NCBI GenBank assembly: GCA_002269645.1
Contig: NIVC01002782.1
Span: forward strand, 1-64,000
Direction of reading: 5' to 3'
From: Macrostomum lignano
Lineage: Eukaryota
Length of the DNA: 64,000 nt
The first letter of the stretch is position 1; every line of letters starts with the position of its first letter. Position numbers and translations under genes: made by a program. Under the pieces are notes generated by a model, which worked only from the letters and a program-made list of their open reading frames with translations, was not told the origin of the DNA and searched no databases. Of this stretch, positions 1 through 14,182 are shown piece by piece.

Positions 1-320
1 TCGTTCTAGTCACTCCTAGTCGGTTCTAGTCACTCCTAGTCGGTTCTAGTCACTCTAGTCGGTTCTAGTCCTTCTAATCGGTTTCTAATCACTCCTAGTC
101 GGTTCTAAGTCACTCCTAGTCGGTTCTAGTCACTCCTAGTCGGTTCTAGTCCACTCCTAGTCAGTTCTAGTCACTCCTAGTCGGTTCTAGTCACTCGCAG
201 TCGATTCTAGTCTTTCCTAGTCCTTCCTAGTTACTCCTAGGCACTCCCAATCACTCCCAATCCCTTCCGTTCACTCTCAATCACTCCTAGTCACTCTAGT
301 TCATTCTAGTCACTTCTAGG
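1..320. repeat. ~20-bp minisatellite (TCCTAGTCGGTTCTAGTCAC)
   Basis: Direct inspection; degenerates toward 320. Confidence 0.9.
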
Positions 321-2244
321 CACACAGGATGCAGTAAAAGCCGAACGGCAGCTTATTATGTATTTTGAGAAAATAGCTTGACAAAAGCCAGACAGATACT
401 TCATATGCGAAGCTCTTTCTTAGCTCCAAGCCAAGGCAGGGAAGCTTGAATGTTAATCACTTTATAGAACAGGTGTCTGCCTGCTTCTGTCTGCTTCCGC
501 GACTCAGCGGTGTTGGCGCGGGCGTTCCATATTGTGTACACTATAATAGAAGCCTTCAGCGCAGATGTTAAATCCAAACTCCAGTCAGATTTGAAGTGGC
601 TCGCATAGTCAACAGATTCTCAAGAGTGTGAGTGTTGTGCGTGTTTGCTCATTTTCACCCAAACACAAATTTTCATTCTCAGAAAAAATTCCTGAGATCG
701 TGACGTCACCTACTTAAGCATTTCTTCTCGCGCTTTAACTTTCAAGGATTTTCCAGCTGCATGGCAACTGGCTCGTAACAGAAAAATTGATTGAAAAATT
801 TTGTTTACAAAATATGCGCGCAAGAGCTTTTTGAAGATTTCCAAAGCGAGAGAGACTTGGGCGATTCTCTTCTGTTTGCCAAGTTAAACCGCCTCATTCG
901 CTTCTCTGTTGTCTTAGGCGCTTGAGAACCCCAGTTCCTGCTGCTTCTAAAAGCAGAAGACGCGCGGCAAAAACATCTCGAGAGAAGGCGGGTCGGGTCG
1001 GGCGCACGGTGGCCGGCAACCCGAGACAGCCGGGCGGGCAGCTGTCTCCGGGATTAAGCTTTTAGAAGCAGAAGAAGAATGAAAGGCGGCCGTGTAATGA
1101 GCGAAATTTTATCCGCGAGTGAAAGCAGCGGCCCTCCTAATGGATTGCCGGGCTTTTTGGCTCGACCGCGTTCGTCAGCGCCGGATTAACTCTCACTGAT
1201 GCTACTCGAGACCAGAGCGGGACACACAGGGATAAATCTGGGATTTTAGGCCGCTCCCCAGGTCCGGCGCTAATCTCCTCTCCCCTGGCAGCTTAAGGAA
1301 TTTATATTTGAGCAGCGAGGCGGCGGGGAGAGGTGTTAAAAAGAAATGTCGGATAAGCCACACGATCCGAGCGGGCAGTTGCCTACCTGAAGGTTATCCC
1401 ACATACCCCCCTGGAGCCTCATCAAGCTAAGTGACTCTCTTGAGGCAGTCTTTCATCTCTGAGACTCTTTCTCAATTCGCCTTTGTGCTCAACTAGCTGT
1501 GCTCAGAACTCGAACTGCCTGACACAGAAGAAGTTAAGGTTGTCTAAAACAGGCCTTGTCCGGCCTCAATCAGGAGCAGAGAGAGAGAAAGATTATGAGT
1601 TCGGAAGTTCGCCGCCAGATTCCAATTGGAAAGGAAGGCGGAACGAGTGAAGCGGCATTAACTATTTGGTCAAATTGGCACTCAGAAATTGCTTTCCATT
1701 TGGGGGCTTCAATATTGATCCATTTTTGTCTGATTCTTCAATTTCTCTCTCATTCCACCACCCAACTCCCCCTATTTTGTCTCTCGATTTCTGCTTCTCA
1801 AAGGAAAACGAGAAATCTAGGCATGAAATTGTGGAGGAGGGAGCGATGGCGATTTAGAGACCCTCAGCGGTCCCTGAGAACCTGATTACACCCCTCGCCG
1901 CTCTGAGGCAGCCTATTAGCGGCCAAGGCAAACGGCGGGTATTGGAAAACAATCATCATCTTTGCTTCTTCCTCCCGAATGCGTGACCGGCAATCAGGGA
2001 AGATTTCTCCCCGCTAACCCCATCCCCTGTCTCTCGTGACTTGGGGAAGATTGCTAGCCGACTACCGCAGTTCCCCCTCTCTCCTCCCCCCCGAATAATA
2101 ACTGATTTTTCACCGGTCATCTCTGGGGACGGCCGGTCCAGCTTCCGTGTCCATCCTCAGCTTCATCAACATCCATCTCTTCATTCCATTTCACTCTGTC
2201 TGATCTCACTGGCTCTTTTCTGTTGTGTCTCTGCGGGCCTTCTG

Positions 2245-3245
2245 CATCTATCTACACTCTATCTACATCTATCTACACTCTATCTACATCTATCTACATT
2301 CTATCTGAATCTAGCTACAGTATATCTACACCTATCTACATTCTATCTGAATTTATCTACACTCTATCTGCATCTATCTACACTCTATCTGAATCTATCT
2401 ACACTCTATCTGAATCTATCTACACTCTATCTGCATCTATCTACACTCTATCTACATCTATCTACATTCTATCTGCATCTATCTACACTCTATCTGAATC
2501 TATCTACACTCTATCTGAATCTATCTACACTCTATCTGCATCTATCTACACTCTATCTACATCTATCTACACTCTATCTGAATCTATCTACATTCTATCT
2601 GCATCTATCTACACTCTATCTGAATCTATCTACACTCTATCTGAATCTATCTACACTCTATCTGCATCTATCTACACTCTATCTACATCTATCTACATTC
2701 TATCTGAATCTATCTACACTCTATCTGAATCTATCTACACTCTATCTGAATCTATCTACACTCTATCTGCATCTATCTACACTCTATCTACATCTATCTA
2801 CACTCTATCTGAATCTATCTACATTCTATCTGCATCTATCTACACTCTATCTGAATCTATCTACACTCTATCTGAATCTATCTACACTCTATCTGAATCT
2901 ATCTACACTCTATCTGCATCTATCTACACTCTATCTGCATCTATCTACACTCTATCTGCATCTATCTACATTCTATCTGCATCTATCTACATTCTATCTG
3001 CATCTATCTACACTCTATCTGCATCTATCTACACTCTATCTGCATCTATCTACACCCTATCTGCATCTATCTACACTCTATCTGCATCTATCTACACTCT
3101 ATCTGCATCTATCTACACTCTATCTGCATCTATCTACACTCTATCATATCTACACTCTATCTGAATCTATCTACAGTATATCTACATCTCGAATCTACAG
3201 TATATCTACATCTATCTACATTCTATCTGAATCTATCTACACTAT
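2245..3245. repeat. 21-bp minisatellite (TCTATCTACACTCTATCTGAA/GCA)
   Basis: 7-aa periodicity in the ORF track. Confidence 0.95.
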
Positions 3246-3871
3246 CTTAGCTGTGGCCCCTCAGTTCTCTATCTTATCAAGCATTCTCTTGCCAAGTGAA
3301 ACTGCAATTAGCAATTAAAAAATTCAATTTTCTTAACCAAATTATGAAAGCATTGGAGGACTAATGAGACAACGAACGCATATCTGGGAGTCTATCGAAG
3401 GCTCCTCCTGAAGCCAGCAGAACCGAGGCGTGAAACTTATTTTGTTAAGCAGCCCGGCGGGTGACCATGCATGCCTGCTTAACCCCCCCCCCTCTGACAC
3501 GGAACGGCTGCCACAAGCAGTCACCGCTTACCCAATTAGCTGTTTAGCGTTTGGAGCCATCTGGCCAAACTCAACTTTTCAGTTCTTTCATTCCCGACTC
3601 ACTTTTCTTGTCGGTCGCATATGTTCCACTTTTTTGTGTCAGACTTGGAAGAGCTGGTCTTGTCGGGGGCCAAAAGTTATGCAACAGTTTCGCAATGGAG
3701 TTTCTTTGCCATGGAAGACAAGAAGGGGAGGGCGGGATTCTCGTGTATGCGACTTTTAAAAGTTTTTTTTACAGCGGAACAATGGAATGAGAGGTTGTAG
3801 AAATAATCGGTGAGGCGGGCAGACAGAAAGGAAAAGATCAGAATGGATTTATCGCTTTTTGAGTGCAGCAA

Positions 3872-4785
3872 GACAGACACAGCAAGGACACATGGCAGAG
3901 ACAGCAAGGACACATGGCAGAGACAGCAAGGACACATGGCAGACACAGCAAGGACACATGGCAGAGACAGCAAGGACACATGGCAGACACAGCAAGGACA
4001 CATGGCAGACACAGCAAGGACACACGGCAGAGACAGCAAGACACACAAGACAGACACAACAAGACACACAAGACAGACACAGCAAGACACACAAGACAGA
4101 CACAGCAAGACACACATGACAGACACAACAAGACACACAAGACAGACACAACAAGACACACAAGACAGACACAGTAATACACACATGACAGACACAGCAA
4201 GACACACAAGACAGACACAGCAAGACACGCAAGACAGACACAGCAAGACACACATGACAGACACAACAAGACACACAAGACAGACACAACAAGACACACA
4301 AGACAGACACAGTAATACACACATGACAGACACAGCAAGACACACAAGACAGACACAGCAAGACACGCAAGACAGACACAGCAAGACACACATGACAGAC
4401 AGAACAAGACACACAAGAAAGACACAGTAAGACACACATAACAGACACAACAAGACACACAAGACAGACACAGTAAGACACACAAGACAGACACAATAAG
4501 ACACACAAGACAGACACAATAAGACACACAAGACAGACACAACAAGACACACAAGACAGACACAATAAGACACACAAGACAGACACAGTAAGACACACAA
4601 GACAGACACAGTAGGACACACAAGACAGACACAGTAGGACACACAAGACAGACACAACAAGACACACAAGACAGACACAGTAAGACACACAAGACAGACA
4701 CAGTAGGACACACAAGACAGACACAACAGGACACACAAGACAGACACAACAAGACACACAAGACAGACACAGCAAGACACACAAT
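3872..4785. repeat. ~23-bp ACAC/AGAC-based minisatellite
   Basis: Units of CACAGCAAGACACACAAGACAGA and variants. Confidence 0.95.
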
Positions 4786-5664
4786 GCAGGCATGAGGCAG
4801 TCACAGCTCCTTGTAGGTGTCACTCAGAAGGCGTGACAGGGTGAGAGCTCGCCGCAGCTGCTCGAAGCGGGACTGAGCAGTCAGCCATTCGGCAGCAGCA
4901 GCAGCGGTCACCCTTCGTTGCACCCTCTACTGTCTCACCTACCCAGCAAACTTTTTCTGGCCGCCATTCAACTTTCATTGCATGATCTGCTTCTTTTAGA
5001 GGCAGCAGCAGCAGAAACGGGATGCTGGCGCTGTGTTTTATTCAGATCCGGCATTGAACTGTCCGCAAGGCCGATCAAGCGGTTGAAAGCAGCTTCATCC
5101 AAGGAGGACAAGAGCCTTGAGCATAGCGACTCTTAACTTCTGCTGGGTCAGAGCAATTCTTGTTTTAGAAAATTTTATCTTCAATTTTAAAGCTGAATGT
5201 AAATCAATAAATATGAATATTTGCGGGAAAGCTACAATACTGCACGCAGGCGTGCTGTCATAAACACGCTCACGCAGGGTGCACAGCGGTTCTGACTTTC
5301 TAATCGTCCGGCATGTACAACGACAATTGCACGACGCTGGCCCCGGAGTCTTGTCAAAGGACCTTTTGTACTTTTTGCTTGGCATCGGATCTAGCTGAAG
5401 CCTTGAGCTGGCGGTGCGCTTTTAAACTTGCGCTTCCCAACAACCGGGGCTCATAGCAGCGGCGATTCACAATATTGTTTTCGAATCCGAAAAAAATCCC
5501 ACAGGTTCTGCTGGCGGTCACGAATTTGAGAAATTCATAACCATTTTTCATGCGAGGGTGGGGGGGGGCATTGTTGAGTTAGGCAGCAATGCCAGGGGAT
5601 TAAGGAATGCGATCTCCGACCCGAGACGGATTTTAAGGTCTGAAGTCGGTGTGAAAAGACCTTC

Positions 5665-6350
5665 GCCGTTTTAGATATATTGGAGGGGTCAGTTGACCTC
5701 CGCCGTGTGTTAGATACATTTGGAGGGGGTCAGATGGCCTCCGCCGTGTGTTAGATACATTTGGAGGGGGTCAGATGACCTCCGCCGTGTGTTAGATACA
5801 TTTGGAGGGGTCAGTTGACCTCCTCCGTGTGTTAGATACATTTGAAGGGGTCAGATGGCCTCCGCCGTGTGTTAGATACATTTGGAGGGGGTCAGATGAC
5901 CTCCGCCGTGTGTTAGATACATTTGGAGGGGTCAATTGACCTCCGCCGTGTGTTAGATACATTTGAAGGGGTCAGATGGCCTCCGCCGTGTGTTAGATAC
6001 ATTTGGAGGGGGTCAGATGACCTCCGCCGTGTGTTAGATACATTTGGAGGGGTCAGTTGACCTCCTCCGTGTGTTAGATACATTTGAAGGGGTCAGATGG
6101 CCTCCGCCGTGTGTTAGATACATTTGGAGGGGGTCAGATGACCTCCGCCGTGTGTTAGATACATTTGGAGGGGTCAGTTGACCTCCTCCGTGTGTTAGAT
6201 ACATTTGAAGGGGTCAGATGACCTCCACCGTGTGTTAGATACATTTGAAGGGGTCAGATGACCTCCACCGTGTTAGATACATTTGGAGGGGGTCAGATGA
6301 CCTCCGCCGTGTTAGATACATTTGGAGGGGGTCAGATGACCTCCGCCATT
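5665..6350. repeat. 40-41-bp minisatellite with internal palindrome GGTCA-N2-TGACC
   Basis: About 17 units of TTAGATACATTTGGAGGGGGTCAGATGACCTCCGCCGTGTG. Confidence 0.95.
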
Positions 6351-7217
6351 TTAGCTACAGAGTGGGTCAAATGACCTCCCGCTATTTGAATATCGGCGAT
6401 GACCCTGGACAGGGCGGGGGCATTGACCCCCGGACTACAAGCTCGCTTGGTCTTCATGCTCGCTGCCCGCTACCAATAAAAGCAACCAGTGGGAGGCGCC
6501 GACGCCCACTCTGAGATGACACGCAGAGCTATTAAAAATCTCATTATGAGTCCAGAGTGAGCAGAGCAAATAGACTGAGTTTCTGGGGTGGGGTGGGCAG
6601 AGCCGTCACTCACAGCTAAAGCTGAACTCACACCAAAGAGCTGCGCCTCGCGTAACTACTCCGGCAATTTGAAAAACTCTCTTTGCTCAATATCCATTTA
6701 TAATAACTGTGCGGATTATAGAGAGGCTCAAGTCACCTGCAGCAGCTTAAACTCAATGACCGGGAGTGCCGGCTGCTAGGGGATATCTAAGCGAGAATTT
6801 AATTGGGAAGTCACAAAGCGAAGGTGAAACTCTGGTCTCAAATAAAATTTGACTATTCAGCTGTCGGGCAGGCGGACTAATTAAGCCGCGTTGGCCAGGT
6901 GCGCCAGGAGCTGGGAGAACAATAGGGGGATCTCAGTAGGCTTGTTGCTAACACCGATCTGCCTTGAGCACGACTGTTGATTCTCGAATGCGTCTAAATT
7001 CAACTCGCGACAGGAAATGGGAAAACGGCTGAAACAGTTTGCTAAGTATTATTATTCTTTAATATTATACTCATTTATTTATTTATAGTAACTCCGTCTG
7101 CAAAGCCGGGGGGACGCCACACTTCAGCTACAATACGGAGAGAGGAGGTGCAGACAGTCAGCATGGGCAAAGCTGCGGCTGGAGGCTGCGGCTGGGTGGA
7201 AACCAGGGCATGAGTTG

Positions 7218-7682
<465 letters not shown>

Positions 7683-8013
7683 ACAGGGTGCTGGCAGGCC
7701 CAATACCAGAGGCTGCTCACTGACTGCAAACACAGATTGACTAGGGCGGTGAAACATTTGTACAAAAGCTACGAACGCCATCAGCGATGTTGGGTTGCGG
7801 ATGCTGACAAATAAAAACAATGTTTAAATTTAAGCAGAACAGAGCGGGCATGAGGGATCTGTGCACTGAGGGGCGTTGGGTAACAATGGCGGTGCTCGCA
7901 AAAACAGCTGGACTATGGTAACAAACAGACAGACAAAAGACAGATATAATATTTTAGATAGATGTACGCTTGTGTATGCGGGTCACTCAGTGCATTCCTT
8001 ATTTTCTCTCTTT

Positions 8014-8812
8014 TCATTCTTTCCTCGCCCGCTTCGAGGCTGACCAATCGGTCACGTGATGCTCGGAAGCCGCAGGCGCCGGCAGCGGCGGAGGCAGCGA
8101 CGGCAGCTGCGGCATCGAGTGCGGCGGCGGCGGCGGCGGCAGCAGCGGGAGGCCGGCGAAGCCGCCCAGGCCGCCCAGCATGGGAAAGCGGCCGTAGAAG
8201 GCGGCGGCGGCGGCCGCTGCGGCTGCTGCCGCCGAGACGGCGGAGGCTGCGGAGGAGTTCGGCGAGCCGCCCGTGGAGTTGGCGCCGACTGTGCTGGCTG
8301 TGGAGGAGGCGGCCGCCGCGGCGGCGGTGACAGCGGCGGAGGTCAGCAACGAGGAGATCGGGAACAGAGACGGCGGCATGCCGGACTTCGGCTTCAATGA
8401 GCAGTCCATGGGCTGCTGGTGATGGCCTTCACCGCTGCTCATCCCGGCTGCCGTCTGCTGCTGCTGCTGCTGAAGGAGCCGACGCTGGCGCTTCCGACGC
8501 TGCTTCTGCTGGTTATCGGCGCCGCCGTCGACATCCAGGTCGGCCGTCGTTGCCGCCTCGCCGTCGTCGCCGTCCTTGTCGACATCGTCGTCGGATTCGA
8601 CGTCAAGCCAGCTGTCGTCCTCCTCGTCAGCGAGCTGTCCGACTTCTCCACCGATGCCGCCGCCGCTGCCGCCTCCGCCGCTGCCGCCGCTGCGACGAGC
8701 GACACCACGCAAGTAGTCGATGTCGTCCAGGTCGTCATCGTCGTCGGCGTCGGATTTCGACGGCCCGTCGCCGTCCAAATTGTTGGAGTCGCAGGAGTTC
8801 GCACCGTGGAGT
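8014..8812 (-). CDS. six3/6: Six3/6 exon 2: acidic, Gly/Ala-rich C-terminal tail
   Basis: Pyrimidine tract and acceptor cctctcccag|A at 8813/8812. Phase 2 completes Arg and continues in the frame of ORF 8014-8778 (KNR-LHGANSCDSNNLDGDG...). TGA at 8016-8014. Joined CDS is 1530 nt. Confidence 0.85.
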
Positions 8813-8889
8813 CTGGGAGAGGTGGCGGGTGAAAAGTGAGCTATTTGATTTCAGAATGTCAGGAGTTTTGTCTTTAATGCATCAAATTA

Positions 8890-11600
8890 GGTGTTTATAG
8901 CCCCAAAGTGGGTGTTTATAGCTCCAAAGTGGGTGTTTATAGCTCCAAAGTAGGTGTTTATAGCTCCAAAGTGAGTGTTTATAGCTCCAAAGTAGGTGTT
9001 TATAGCTTCAAAAGAGGTTTTTATAGCTCCAAAGTGAGTGTTTATAGCTCCAAAGTGGGTGTTTATAGCTTCAAAGTGAGTGTTTATAGCTCCAAAGTGG
9101 GTGTTTATAGCTCCAAAGTGGGTGTTTATAGCTCCAAAGTGGGTGTTTATAGCTCCAAAGTAGGTGTTTATAGCTCCAAAGTGGGTGTTTAATGCACCAA
9201 AGTAGGTGTTTATAGCTTCAAAGTAGGTGTTTATAGCATCAAAGTGGGTGTTTATAGCTTCAAAGTGGGTGCTTATAGCTCCAAAGTGGGTGTTTATAGC
9301 TTCAAAGTGGGTGTTTATAGCTCCAAAGTGGGTGTTTATAGCTCCAAAGTAGGTGTTTATAGCTCCAAAGTGGGTGTTTAATGCACCAAAGTAGGTGTTT
9401 ATAGCTTCAAAGTAGGTGTTTATAGCATCAAAGTGGGTGTTTATAGCTTCAAAGTGGGTGCTTATAGCTCCAAAGTGGGTGTTTATAGCTTCAAAGTGAG
9501 TGTTTATAGCTCCAAATTAGGTGTTTATAGCTCCAAATTAGGTGTTTATAGCTCCAAAGTAGGTCTTTATAGCTCCAAAGTAGGTGTTTATAGCTCCAAA
9601 GTGGGTGTTTAATGCACCAAAGTAGGTGTTTATAGCTTCAAAGTAGGTGTTTATAGCATCAAAGTGGGTGTTTATAGCTTCAAAGTGGGTGCTTATAGCT
9701 CCAAAGTGGGTGTTTATAGCTTCAAAGTGGGTGTTTATAGCTCCAAAGTGGGTGTTTATAGCTCCAAAGTAGGTGTTTATAGCTCCAAAGTGGGTGTTTA
9801 ATGCACCAAAGTAGGTGTTTATAGCTTCAAAGTAGGTGTTTATAGCATCAAAGTGGGTGTTTATAGCTTCAAAGTGGGTGCTTATAGCTCCAAAGTGGGT
9901 GTTTATAGCTTCAAAGTGAGTGTTTATAGCTCCAAATTAGGTGGCTCCAAATTAGGTGTTTATAGCTCCAAAGTAGGTCTTTATAGCTCCAAAGTAGGTC
10001 TTTATAGCTTTTTATAGCTCCAAAGTAGGGGTGTTCGGGTCGGCCATTTTTTCGGGGTTCGGGGTTTACCCGAACCCGGTACCCCTACCCCGAACCCCGA
10101 ACCCCGTCCCGAACATTTCTTCCAACCCCGAACCCCGAACCCGGTACCAAAACCCGACCCGACCCCGAACGTAACCCCGAACATTTTCACGCTTATTTTG
10201 GTCAATCATTTTAATAAATTCAGTTTTCAGTTTTCAATTTTTCAGTTTTTAGTTTTGAATTTCAGTTTTAAAATCAGTTTTATACATTGAGATGTGCCTT
10301 AACAGCTTCAACCACTTAGCCTTGTGGTTTTATTTCCCTTAGCTACTCTACAACTAGGAAAAGAAATATGAAACACTTCTTGCAATGGGATTGGGATTGA
10401 GATGGAAGGAATACCAAGACCCAAGATCTAATAGTAAGATACATGAAAGTTCACAACTAAAATCAGGACCATTTCGTACCTATACTTACAACGAAATTGC
10501 TTTCATAGTAATATTACATCTATGAGTTTATTTAAGCTGCAAAAATAGAGTACAATAAAATTAGATTCTACCCTGTAGTGCAGATATCAGTAGAGATAGA
10601 ACTAGAGCGATAAAGAGATAGCACAGATAAAACAATGATGCAATGAAACAGGAGAGTTAATCACAAATATATATTTCTTTTTACTTTTGACTACAGTTAA
10701 CAGTCAGTCAGTAGTGGTATAACAGAATTGCTATGTAAAAACTAAAGTGGTCACGTCTTTACATAAAATTGTATGCTGATAAGAGTAGGTAATCATTGTG
10801 ATAATTGATTGGCGACTGATGCGTGGAGAATAATAATGTATTTATACATTTTAAGCTTCCTCATCCAATCCAGAAGTTCAGACCATGTTACACGTAGCAC
10901 ATGCAAAATTATTACTGAACGTAATTTTTTAAATCATCAACTGCAAGACTGAATGGGTCGAAAAACTACAATCGTTATTTACCAGAAAGTGTAAATGAAT
11001 CCATGGTTCTATCTGCTATTTCCGTTTCAAATTGTATGTAAAATATAACTTAAGTTGTACCTGAAACTCAATGCATATCTTTCGCATTGTGGATTTTGCA
11101 TAAGGAGTAAAAAGTGCTTGAAAATACTATTGAGAATGATAATTGTTCAAAACCCCGAAAAACCCGAAAACCCGGTGGCCAAACCCAACCCGAACCCCGA
11201 ACCCGGTACCCCTACCCCGAACCCCGAACCCGACCCGGAACACCTACCCCGAACCCCGAACCCGGTACCAAAACCCGACCCCGAACCCCGAACACCCCTA
11301 CTCCAAAGTGAGTGTTTATAGCTCCAAAGTGGGTGTTTATAGATCCAAAGTGGGTGTTTATAGCTTCAAAGTAGGTGTTTATAGCTCCAAAGTGGGTGTT
11401 TATAGCTCCAAAGTGGGTGTTTATAGCTCCAAAGTGGGTGTTTATAGCTCCAAAGTGGGTGTTTATAGCTCCAAAGAGGGTGTTTGTAGCTCCAAAGTGG
11501 GTGTTTATAGCTCCAAAGTGGGTGTTTATAGCTCCAAAGAGGGTGTTTATAGCTCCAAAGTGGGTGTTTAATGCACCAAAGTGGGTGTTTATAGCTTCAA
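8890..11600. repeat. 21-bp minisatellite (TTTATAGCTCCAAAGTGGGTG), interrupted by the hAT element at 10026-11300
   Basis: The same unit occurs on both sides of the insertion. Confidence 0.95.
10026..11300. mobile_element. Non-autonomous hAT-type DNA transposon (1275 bp)
   Basis: 14-bp TIR TAGGGGTGTTCGGG / CCCGAACACCCCTA. Perfect 8-bp TSD CTCCAAAG (10018-10025 and 11301-11308). Subterminal CCCCGAA repeats at both ends, AT-rich core, no transposase ORF. Confidence 0.88.
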
Positions 11601-12407
11601 AGTGTAACACTCAACGTTAAACGCTTTCTCTGCCCTTGTCGTGATGATTGGCTCTCATAGACTTGGCTTGCACTACGTTCCCTCTTTTTCAAATAAAGAG
11701 TCCAGAGCCAAAATCGGTGCCTTGAACCTTGTAGCGCCAAGGAAAATACGCAATTCAATTCAAATAGCAGATCTCTCTCTTTATTAAAAGACTCCCATCG
11801 CGGGTTGGCACCACAAATGTCGGAAGTCATAACAGTTATTAAGCAAACACCAATAAGGCTTGGGCTTGCAATTTCACTTTCACTCAAACAGTGCCCCGGC
11901 CATTCCTGCAAGCCAAGCACAGGGGGGGCTGCCTGCCCCAATTCAAGATCTTCGCCTGATTGCTGTTGACAGAGGCCGGATCAAAATTCAAATTTTCAGT
12001 AATAGTGGGAGAAGAGGATCTCGTTTCACACCTCCCTTCGAGCGCCTCTGTCTGTTCGAGTGAGCTCGGGTCTAGTTTCTGTCCTCCCAAGGATAAAATC
12101 ACCCATTTACTGTATTATTCCCTTGGCTATCTGCAGTGCCCCGGGAAAATGATCCTCTATCTATTTTTCCCAACAGCAAGTTACCAATATATGGTTGAAA
12201 CTGAGCTGTTGAATTGGCTATGAGAGTAGCGCGTGACTGCCAGCAGCTTTCAATCGGGATTAGTGAAATGCGATACCGATTAAGATAGAGACGGCCACTT
12301 GTGGTGTCAAAAAATTTTGGAAATCCTCTGGGAATTGAATTTTGGGGAGTGGCGACTGCTCGCTTAGTTTTTGCGCCGCCAGACAGCGCCACAGCCTTGA
12401 AGAGCGC

Positions 12408-13090
12408 CACACTAAACTACAGAATGGCGCCACACTAAACTACAAAATAGCGCCACACTAAACTACAAAATGGCGCCACAAGTAAACTACAAAATGGCGC
12501 CACACTAAACTGCAAAATGGCGCCACAACTAAACTACAAATTGGCGCCAAACTAAACCACAAAATGGCGCCACAACTAAACTACAGGATAGCGCTACAAC
12601 TAAGCCACAAAATGACGCCACAACTAAACTACAAAATGGCGCCACAACTAAACTACAAAATGGTGCCACAACTAAACTACAAAATGGCGCCACAACTAAA
12701 CTACAAAATGGCGCCACACTAAGCTACAGTATAACGCCACAACTAAACTAAAAAATGGCGCCACAATAAATTACAGAATGGCGCCACATTAAACTACAAA
12801 ATGGCGCCACACTAAACTACAGTACAACGCCACAACTAAACTACAATGGCGCCACACTAAACTACAGAATGGTGCCCAACTAAACTACAGAATGGTGCCA
12901 CAACTAAACTACAAAATGGCGCCACACTAAACTGCAAAATGGCGCCACAACTAAACTACAAAATGGCACCAAACTAAACTACAAATTGGCGCCACACTAA
13001 ACTACAGTACAACGCCACAACTAAACTACAATGGCGCCACACTAAACTAAATGGCGCCACAACTAAACTACGAAATAGCGCCACAACTCT
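12408..13090. repeat. 22-23-bp minisatellite (ACTAAACTACAAAATGGCGCCAC)
   Basis: Direct inspection. Confidence 0.93.
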
Positions 13091-14182
13091 AAAAAAACAC
13101 TCGCCACACTGAATGAAAAATTACAAATTACAAAAAGATATTGACCAAGAGGGTATTCGGTGACGGCTTATTAAACAATAGAATTATAGACAATGCAGGA
13201 GTTTTTGTCAGAAGCTGACAAAACTGCCGCCCCTATTACACCTGCTAGCAAAACTATAAGCTGTAATCAGCGCTCTTTGCCTTGAAGTTTTCGCACGTCC
13301 GGCCCTACCGGCAGCACCTCTGAGCAGCGGATCAATGGGCTGCTCACACCCACACACGACGGGCAATCCGTAATCACAGGGGCTTCTTGCCCCCCCCACC
13401 GTCACGGGAGGCGAAAATGAGCCTTTAGGATGAGAAGTCAACGATGAAGAGATTAGAGGAGGCTGCGCAAGCGTAGCAGGGACACAATTAACGGTCACGA
13501 TTTCAAGCCCCTTTCATCTGACACCTGGGGATAATAATCCCCCCTGCATGAGCTTTCCCATGATACAGTCCTATTGACTCTCAGTTCCGCATTTACGCCC
13601 CTGTCACCTGTGAGGGCATTGTTAGACATCACGATCCCGAGTAGGATATTTTCTTTAAATAAAATTTCTCGATTCCATTTTTAATCAGATTTTTTTCGGT
13701 TCAGAAAATTTTAAATGAATAAATACTGCTGTTCTATTCCCGATTTCATTGACTCAAAAATCTTTGAGAACAGTTACTAGGTCTGGAATTCCTTGCTTAT
13801 CTAATCTGAGTACCATAGTTCCCAAGCAGTGGCTGCAACTTGAGCGCAGTGAGCACACTCGTTCGGCTGCTCACAGCTGGGGTGCCCCATGCTCCGGCAT
13901 ATTGCGGACCAGTCAGTTAGCTGGCTCACATCATTAATTATTCATTATTTGAATTGTTGCATTTGCCAAAACGGAACTCCAGGGGCTGGAAGGTGTTGGC
14001 CCTTTGCTGCCTTCTCGCCTCACGAAGGGAGACTGGGGCGCTGCAGTTTGAAAGCTTGAGTTGGTGTGATTGACGAGTGATTGACAGGTTCTCTCAGTGG
14101 CTATCAAAACTTTGCTTAAACATGCTGCTTAGCGCATAGATATGTTAGAGACTTTTGTACCTACCTATGTATACGCAGGCAT

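Noticed and set aside
880-1400. Cluster of GGATTA (Otx/K50 homeodomain) sites as a Six3/6 enhancer
   Set aside because: The number of sites across the unique sequence is about what chance gives for a hexamer; conservation data would be needed.
2041-4823. Long repetitive ORFs (STLYLHL, VCLVC, TQQDTQ)
   Set aside because: Minisatellite translations with no unique coding flanks or splice support.
5665-6350. CRISPR-like array (palindromic ~40-bp repeat)
   Set aside because: There are no unique spacers, the units are contiguous, the context is eukaryotic, and no cas genes are present.
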